Below, in pieces: positions 45,109-50,977 of a stretch of 50,977 bases of DNA; the stretch's first letter is position 1, and every line of letters begins with the position of its first letter. Source of the stretch: a virus (taxonomy: Duplodnaviria; Caudoviricetes); the IMG/VR virus record IMGVR_UViG_3300024974_000003, positions 1 to 50,977 of that record, one strand, 5' to 3'. The notes under the pieces are model-generated. The model made no database searches. It was not told the origin of the DNA and saw nothing but the letters and a program-made list of their open reading frames with translations. The position numbers were made by a program, and so were the translations under genes.

Positions 45109-45173
45109 CTGTAACGCAAACTGCTAGGCGTCAGTACGACTGCAATGAGTATTACGATTAGCCAGCGTTATTT
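45109..45173 (+). other. attC-like imperfect hairpin
   Basis: CTGTAAC...GTTATTT ends; TAACG/CGTTA, CTG-CTA/TAG-C-CAG, CGT-C-AGTAC/GTATT-ACG pairings. Confidence 0.5.
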
Positions 45174-45399
45174 TTTACAATAAAATCCGAATTCCCTTGA
45201 TACTTCCAAAATGTCAACCCAATATTGCTCTATAATTAACACTAAAAAAGCAATACTATGGCACTATTATTATTTACTCCGAGAACCACAATCGATGCAA
45301 ATTTATTTCAACACCGTTTAGACAATTCTTGCTATCACGCTGAATGAAGTATTGGGATTGAATTCTAAACGAATTTATAAATAATCTAAACTAAAATAT

Positions 45400-46047
45400 A
45401 TGAACACTTACTCAAAATTTGCACCCAATGTATTTGTGGCCAAATGTCCAGAAATGCACGAAAAAGGAGAAGAAATCCTTTTAGAAACCAAATATGGAAA
45501 CCTTCACGAATGTATTGTTTTCAACCTCGTTCATCGAGATAAAGAAGGAAACTTCTACTATTCGATAGTTAGAGCTGATGGCTTCAACGTTCAAGAATTC
45601 GCAAAAGCCAAAGCAGAACGGTATCATAACTGGGCAAATTCACGAGAAAGCAAATCAACTGAATACTATGAAGCATCCCAAGAGGGAAAAGATTTTCTAG
45701 CATTGGCAGAACCAATTAAAATTGGACACCATTCAGAAAAACGTCATCGTGCTCTGATCGAACGCAATTACAATAGAATGGCAAAATCTGTAGAGAACAC
45801 CAAAATTGCTGAACAACACGAAAGTAAAGCGGAATACTGGGAAAGCAAAGCAAATGTCATAAATCTTTCAATGCCGGAATCAATTGAGTTTTATGAGTAC
45901 AAACTTGAAGAGGCAAAGATGATTCATGAAGGATTGAAGTCCGGAACAATCGAAAAAAGACATTCTTATTCACTTACTTACGCAAAGAAAGATGTCAACA
46001 AATTTGAGAGTCTTTTGAAAGATGCACAAAAACTTTGGGGAGAATGA
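45400..46047 (+). CDS. DUF3560-like protein
   Basis: EPIKIGHHSEKRHRALIER signature. Confidence 0.8.
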   Translation: MNTYSKFAPNVFVAKCPEMHEKGEEILLETKYGNLHECIVFNLVHRDKEGNFYYSIVRADGFNVQEFAKAKAERYHNWANSRESKSTEYYEASQEGKDFLALAEPIKIGHHSEKRHRALIERNYNRMAKSVENTKIAEQHESKAEYWESKANVINLSMPESIEFYEYKLEEAKMIHEGLKSGTIEKRHSYSLTYAKKDVNKFESLLKDAQKLWGE

Positions 46048-46259
46048 TTATAGATTTTAAAACATCAAATTTAGAAGTAACAATCAACAATGTGAACGAT
46101 ATTGAAGGCTTAAATCGATATAAAAATACTGCTGAAGGTGCAATAATCCATTGGAAAAAGCAAAAAGAAAGCAATTATCCGACAGCCGATGAAAATATTC
46201 AATTCTTTACCGAAGCTTTAAATCTTTGTAACTCAAAAATTAAAAAAGCAAGTAAGTAA
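46044..46259 (+). CDS. Hypothetical protein (ATG 46044)
   Basis: ATGA overlap. Confidence 0.6.
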   Translation: MIIDFKTSNLEVTINNVNDIEGLNRYKNTAEGAIIHWKKQKESNYPTADENIQFFTEALNLCNSKIKKASK

Positions 46260-46322
46260 TATAAAATACTAACATTCAATTATTTATAACTAAGCTACTT
46301 ATTACAAGTGATTTTGTTATTA

Positions 46323-46363
46323 TAACATATTTTGCAACATAATAACATATTTTGTTACATTTG
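46323..46363 (+). promoter_or_regulatory. Promoter with two direct TAACATATTTTG repeats
   Basis: Repeats at 46323 and 46343; TACATTTG at 46356. Confidence 0.65.
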
Positions 46364-46399
46364 TAGTATAATGTAACCAAAGAAAAATATTTCAAAAAA

Positions 46400-47881
46400 A
46401 TGACTTCACAAACTATCGCTTCCAGAATCATCAAAACAGAGTTAATAAATTGGCGAGAGCTTCAATTCATCCAACAGGAAAACTTCAAAGAATGGGTAAA
46501 CAATGGCGCTGAAAAGTTAGTTGAGTCAATATTAAAATACCAATTCATTGCTCCGTTTATGGTTTGGCATTCTGAAGGCGTGAACTATTGCCTTGATGGT
46601 CGCCATAGGTTTTTAGATTTGGAAAAAGTATCATTGTCCGGTAGTTCAGTTCCGGAGTTTCTTCCAGCCACTTTTGTTGATTGTGCCAATATGAAAGAAG
46701 CAGCCGAATTGGTTTTGGTTTATTCAAGTAACTATGCAAAAATTACCCAGCAAGGACTTCTTGAATTTGTCAATAATTTTGATTTGGACTTTCCGGATAT
46801 GCAAGCGATGTTAAATATTGCAGATTTTGACGAAATCGCTTTCCAGGGATTGATGAATAAAAACGATTCAGAAAACAATCTGATCATTCCATCATCATTG
46901 AAAGATAGTTTTATATTTCCTCCGTTTTCAATTTTAGACACACGCTCTGGAGTATGGCAGGAACGAAAACGTAAATGGCTATCTCTTGGTTTCAACTCAC
47001 AAGAAACCCGAGAAGATGTTGAGCTTATTGCAAAAAGTGGCCAATCAACAGCAATCTATGAACTTCGAAATAAAATGCGTGAAAACTTAGGACGTGACCC
47101 CGAGTGGGATGAAATCCTTGATTATGCAAAGAAAAAAGGAATGCACGTTTACGAAGGTGCCAGTATTTTTGATCCGGTGTTATGTGAGCTTCTGTACAAG
47201 TGGTTCTGTACTAACGGAGGTTCTGTACTTGACCCATTTGCCGGTGGTTCTGTTCGTGGTATCGTTGCCGGAGTTCTTGGTTATCCTTATTCCGGAATTG
47301 ATTTGCGCCTGGACCAAGTAGAAGCCAACAGAAAACAATCCGCTTTGTTGAGCCTTGAAAATGTAGAATGGTTTGATGGCGATAGCAATGAGGTTCTGGA
47401 CACTTATAAACCTCACGATGGATTTGATTTTCTTATGAGCTGCCCTCCTTATGCCGACTTAGAAAAATATAGCGATGATCCTAAAGACTTATCAAATATG
47501 GATTATGAGGATTTCAAAACTGTTTATTTCAGCATCATTAAAAAGTCTGTTGAGCAATTGAAAGAAGATCGTTTCGCTTGCTTTGTCGTTGGTGATGTTC
47601 GTGACAAAAAAGGATTTTATTACAACTTTGTGGGCGATACTGTGCGAGCTTTTGAAGAAGCTGGAGCAAAGTACTATAATGAAATTATATTGGTAAACGT
47701 GGTAGGTTCTTTGGCCATTCGTGTTCGTCGCCAGTTTAACGGTGGAAGAAAAGTTGGCAAGATGCACCAAAATGTGTTGGTGTTTTACAAAGGTGACCCA
47801 AAGAAAATCAAAGAAAACTATCCTGAATTAAACTTGGGAGATGACTTGGAAGCAATCAGTAATGAATTAACCGAAATTTAA
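46400..47881 (+). CDS. ParB-like N-domain fused to amino-type DNA methyltransferase
   Basis: LDGRHR (ParB/Srx); VLDPFAGGSVRG SAM motif; SCPPY catalytic motif. Confidence 0.85.
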   Translation: MTSQTIASRIIKTELINWRELQFIQQENFKEWVNNGAEKLVESILKYQFIAPFMVWHSEGVNYCLDGRHRFLDLEKVSLSGSSVPEFLPATFVDCANMKEAAELVLVYSSNYAKITQQGLLEFVNNFDLDFPDMQAMLNIADFDEIAFQGLMNKNDSENNLIIPSSLKDSFIFPPFSILDTRSGVWQERKRKWLSLGFNSQETREDVELIAKSGQSTAIYELRNKMRENLGRDPEWDEILDYAKKKGMHVYEGASIFDPVLCELLYKWFCTNGGSVLDPFAGGSVRGIVAGVLGYPYSGIDLRLDQVEANRKQSALLSLENVEWFDGDSNEVLDTYKPHDGFDFLMSCPPYADLEKYSDDPKDLSNMDYEDFKTVYFSIIKKSVEQLKEDRFACFVVGDVRDKKGFYYNFVGDTVRAFEEAGAKYYNEIILVNVVGSLAIRVRRQFNGGRKVGKMHQNVLVFYKGDPKKIKENYPELNLGDDLEAISNELTEI

Positions 47882-47926
47882 TAGATAATTTGAAGTAATT
47901 TTGAGCAAAATCTTAAAATTACTCTC

Positions 47927-48166
47927 ATGGACGATAAAAAACAAGTTGAAATTATGAGTGCTACAGTCAATTCAATCAAAGAACTTTTAGAAAAAAGACT
48001 TTCAAATAGATTAGATGCTTTAGAAGCAATTGCTACATCTACACTTGATAATGTTCCAGAATCAATTCAAAAGATGCGTGAAGAAGAAGCGTCTAAAACA
48101 AGGGCAGTAATTCAAGAGCAAATGGATATTCTCGATATAATAAAATCATTATTCCCAAATACATAA
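47927..48166 (+). CDS. Hypothetical protein
   Basis: Helical 79-aa ORF. Confidence 0.65.
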   Translation: MDDKKQVEIMSATVNSIKELLEKRLSNRLDALEAIATSTLDNVPESIQKMREEEASKTRAVIQEQMDILDIIKSLFPNT

Positions 48167-48171
48167 GTTTT

Positions 48172-48633
48172 ATGGCAGGCATTAGGTCAAGTAATTTAGA
48201 AACAGAAAAGCGAGTATTCACCATTCAAGGCTGGATAATCAATGGTGTGCCTGATTATTTGATTTTAAAGAATATTGAGCAGCAGTTTAAAAATAAAAAT
48301 GGTATATTTTTAAGTAGAAGTCAATCAAAAAAACTACTCCAAAAGGCTTACAAGATTTGGCACGAAGAACAGGAGGCTACTGTCGAACAAAAGAGGTCGT
48401 TAAAAATTGCAGAACTAAAGCAGGATGTTAGATCAATGGGGTCTGAATTTAAAAATACACCGCAAGGAATGGCCGTTTTGTTGAATTACAAAAAGGAAAT
48501 AAATAAGCTCGAAGCAATTTATCCTGTTACTAAAATAATGATTCAAGGAGATAAAGAAAATCCTTTGGTGATAACTGATTCTAAAGAAAGAGAAGCACGT
48601 ATCGCTGAACTGATAGCAAAATCAAAAAAATAA
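48172..48633 (+). CDS. terS: Terminase small subunit (putative)
   Basis: HTH-like N-terminus, IQGDKENPL C-terminal motif, upstream of terL. Confidence 0.65.
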   Translation: MAGIRSSNLETEKRVFTIQGWIINGVPDYLILKNIEQQFKNKNGIFLSRSQSKKLLQKAYKIWHEEQEATVEQKRSLKIAELKQDVRSMGSEFKNTPQGMAVLLNYKKEINKLEAIYPVTKIMIQGDKENPLVITDSKEREARIAELIAKSKK

Positions 48634-48645
48634 ATTTGATTTTTT

Positions 48646-48688
48646 AATAACATATTTTGCAATTAAATTGTAAAATATGTTATTTTTG
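48646..48688 (+). promoter_or_regulatory. 39-bp palindrome built from the TAACATATTTT motif, overlapping a -7 box upstream of terL
   Basis: AATAACATATTTT-GCAATTAAATTGT-AAAATATGTTATT; TATTTTTG at 48681. Confidence 0.65.
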
Positions 48689-48729
48689 ATGAATACAAGT
48701 AAATAGATTTGGATTTAAAAAAATAAATA

Positions 48730-50196
48730 ATGCTAAACCTTACAGAAGAAGAAGCAATAGAATTAGAATCCCTATTAATACAGCGTAGATCAGATATTTT
48801 AAGAAAAAGTTTTTTTAAATTCTTTTGTGAATTCTGGAGCGAAATAATACCCGATGAACTTTATCTCAACTGGCACATTAAATTTTTATGTGATGAACTT
48901 CAAAAAATAGCTGAAGGTGTAATTCGTGGTGACAAACTTAACGATGATTTAGTTTGTAATATTTGTCCAGGAACTACAAAATCAACTATTATTTCAATCA
49001 TACTTCCTGCTTGGATGTGGACACGAAAACCAGATTGCGTTTCGCTTTGCAATACCATTTCAGATAGGAATGCAAATGAATTTTCTCAAAAGTTCAGGGA
49101 CATTGTAATGAGCGAAAAATACAAACTTTACTTTCCTGAAATAATCATTCGCAACGATAGTACCGCCGTAATGCGTGTTAAAAATACTCACGGAGGCGCA
49201 CGCCGCCAATATACAACCAAATCAAAAATAACTGGAGACCACGGACATATAAGAATTGATGATGATCCTATGGCGTTTCAAGATGCCCGAAGCGATGCCG
49301 AAAGCGAAAGATGTATTGATGGATATAAAGCATATTCAACACGTGAAAAGAAAAACGCTTACGTTCCGTACATTTTATTTATGCAGCGATTATCAGCGCA
49401 AGATACCTGCACGTATGTTTTTAAAACAAAGCCAACAATTAAAAAAATAATTCTGCCGGCTTGGGATAATGGAAAAATATATCCTGTTGAATTAAAAGAA
49501 AAATATGTAGATGGTCTTTTGAATCCAAAACATATTAATCAGGATTTTTTAGATAAAAAGAAATTAACACTTGGAGATTTACAGTATTTGGCTGAATATG
49601 GCCAAGATTGCGAAACAAGCGAAGGTTATCTATATACCGTTCAAAAAATCAATGAAATCGAACAAAAAGGAATCAGCATAGCTGTTTGTGACCCTGCCGA
49701 AGATGGCGATTGCTATACCGCGACTGTTTTTGCTTATATCCATTCAAATAAATGCTTTATCCACGATATTATTTATACACAAGTTTCGCCAGAAGATAAG
49801 ATGAACGGCGATGAGGTTGCGGTTATTGGAACGCATAATTTAAACATAAACAAAGCAAAACAGCACAAACCATACGCTTTTTATATTGAAAAAGACGGGA
49901 TTGGCAATAGTTACGGAAAAGCAATAAAATCAAAATATCCACTTGTAGTTCCATTCGCTGCCAAAGGAGGGCGCACAGATGGACCAAAAGAAGATCGTAT
50001 TTATGCTAAAGGAAATATCATTTCAAAATACTTTTATTTTCTTGAACAATCTCCAAGTTTACAATATGAAAATGCAGTAAATCATCTAACAACTTATAAA
50101 AGAGTTGGTAAAAATAAATTCAAAGACATTGAGGATGCTTTGACTTCGCTCGCAACAATTATAGAAAAAAACCAATTAATTAATTTTTATGGATAA
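48730..50196 (+). CDS. terL: Terminase large subunit
   Basis: NWHI, NICPGTTKS (Walker A), ITGDHG.IRIDDDP (Walker B), FMQRL, CDPA..GD nuclease, DIEDAL. Confidence 0.93.
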   Translation: MLNLTEEEAIELESLLIQRRSDILRKSFFKFFCEFWSEIIPDELYLNWHIKFLCDELQKIAEGVIRGDKLNDDLVCNICPGTTKSTIISIILPAWMWTRKPDCVSLCNTISDRNANEFSQKFRDIVMSEKYKLYFPEIIIRNDSTAVMRVKNTHGGARRQYTTKSKITGDHGHIRIDDDPMAFQDARSDAESERCIDGYKAYSTREKKNAYVPYILFMQRLSAQDTCTYVFKTKPTIKKIILPAWDNGKIYPVELKEKYVDGLLNPKHINQDFLDKKKLTLGDLQYLAEYGQDCETSEGYLYTVQKINEIEQKGISIAVCDPAEDGDCYTATVFAYIHSNKCFIHDIIYTQVSPEDKMNGDEVAVIGTHNLNINKAKQHKPYAFYIEKDGIGNSYGKAIKSKYPLVVPFAAKGGRTDGPKEDRIYAKGNIISKYFYFLEQSPSLQYENAVNHLTTYKRVGKNKFKDIEDALTSLATIIEKNQLINFYG

Positions 50197-50476
50197 AAAT
50201 AACCAACCAAAAAAAATCCTTTGCAAATGTTGCGGTGCTGAAATTGCCAAACTATCAGGTGGTAAAGTAATTTTCGACAATATGAAAGCTCTTTCAATTA
50301 TTGAAGTATCGGTAATTGATAATTCAAAGGATGTGAAATGTAGGGGATGTGGAAAATGGAATAGTTTTGATCCTGAAAACAACCAAATATTAAACCATAC
50401 TCGAAAATCACAAGATATTCTTTTTGGATATGAAAGAAACATCGTGAAATTTAGAGGAAGCTTCAAAGATAAATAG
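50189..50476 (+). CDS. Com-like zinc-ribbon protein
   Basis: CKCCGAEIAK...VKCRGCGKWN. Confidence 0.55.
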   Translation: MDKNNQPKKILCKCCGAEIAKLSGGKVIFDNMKALSIIEVSVIDNSKDVKCRGCGKWNSFDPENNQILNHTRKSQDILFGYERNIVKFRGSFKDK

Positions 50477-50477
50477 T

Positions 50478-50738
50478 ATGAAAATAGATGTAATCACATA
50501 CTTTGAGCAGAAAGATAGATTGTGTGGTGTTGGTTTTGATATGATAGAAAATATGGATTTATTTGATATTAATCCTCCATTCATAGAGGTTGCAAATGAA
50601 ATATATGATGATGAAATTTTTATTATCAATTCGCACGAATTTGGTGATTATGTATATCCAGTAGAAGGTGTTAATAGTTGGAGTGCTGATAATTTTATTC
50701 ATGTTGGAGTTTGGAAAATAAAATATAAAAATCAATGA
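50478..50738 (+). CDS. Hypothetical protein
   Basis: Packed ORF. Confidence 0.6.
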   Translation: MKIDVITYFEQKDRLCGVGFDMIENMDLFDINPPFIEVANEIYDDEIFIINSHEFGDYVYPVEGVNSWSADNFIHVGVWKIKYKNQ

Positions 50739-50977
50739 TACATTACCCACATAACCCAGAAGAAGATATGAGACCAATACCACCAGCACGACCAAGCTAC
50801 AGAATCAAAGAATTTAGAGGAGTATTTACTATTGAAAAATTAGTAAAAGTAAAAATTAAATCAAAAACATTTTGGGATTGGCTTTATTATGGACGTTACT
50901 ATTTTGAGTCAGATTATCATATTCTTACAGATAGAGGTAATTTATTTAAACCATTTGTAGAAGCTCATCCAATAACA
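50735..50977 (+). CDS. 103-aa ORF spanning the circular join (50735..50850 + 1..196; MIHYPHNPEE...KYHNY)
   Basis: ATGA overlap with the previous gene; open across the join, stopping at TAA 194-196 just before the gene at 202. Confidence 0.75.
   Translation, partial: MIHYPHNPEEDMRPIPPARPSYRIKEFRGVFTIEKLVKVKIKSKTFWDWLYYGRYYFESDYHILTDRGNLFKPFVEAHPIT
50851..50977 (+). repeat. 127-bp terminal overlap, copy 2
   Basis: Identical to 1..127. Confidence 0.95.

Larger units (their letters stand above)
1..50977. mobile_element. Complete temperate siphovirus genome (excised/circular form), probable Flavobacteriia host
   Basis: Head, tail, lysis, integration, immunity, replication and packaging modules all present; ends overlap by 127 bp; attP uninterrupted; no host housekeeping genes. 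Confidence 0.95.

Noticed and set aside
45258-45368. Short ORF MALLLFTPRTT... with an internal TGA
   Set aside because: Only 29 codons before the stop; may be a gene remnant but cannot be supported without homologues
3857-50795. Many short minus-strand and alternate-frame ORFs in the track (e.g. 7266..7691, 11956..12270, 32995..33384, 39250..39462)
   Set aside because: They lie within well-supported genes and have shadow-ORF composition
50851-50977. 127-bp repeat as a biological direct terminal repeat
   Set aside because: Length equals a common assembler k-mer and it falls mid-ORF; best read as circular overlap

Overview
The window is a complete, circularly permuted genome (50,850 bp plus a 127-bp assembly overlap) of an AT-rich temperate siphovirus. 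The host is most likely Flavobacteriia/Bacteroidota, judged from TAnnTTTG promoters, Q-rule signal peptides, a DUF3127-like gene and a tRNA-Met attP. Gene order: portal, protease, capsid, tail and tape measure (2.1-18.4 kb); four signal-peptide genes (18.4-22.1 kb); lysis (22.2-24.0 kb); a second structural block (24.0-26.8 kb); hicAB, tyrosine integrase and intact attP; immunity switch; recombination and replication genes with an iteron origin; a diversity-generating retroelement (DGR); ParB, serine recombinase, ParB-methyltransferase; terS/terL. Highlights: (1) an Avd-less DGR whose one template repeat diversifies two tandem small cytoplasmic genes in the replication operon rather than a tail fibre. 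(2) Both late transcription units start with the same promoter architecture and the same ATG-AAA-TAG mini-ORF, whose stop overlaps an in-frame ATA that appears to be the real start of the portal and of a tail gene. (3) A tail-fibre-like protein and a small beta-barrel carry Sec signal peptides inside the tail operon, next to an in-frame chimera that records a domain swap. Product calls come from motif recognition and synteny only; no database searches were run.
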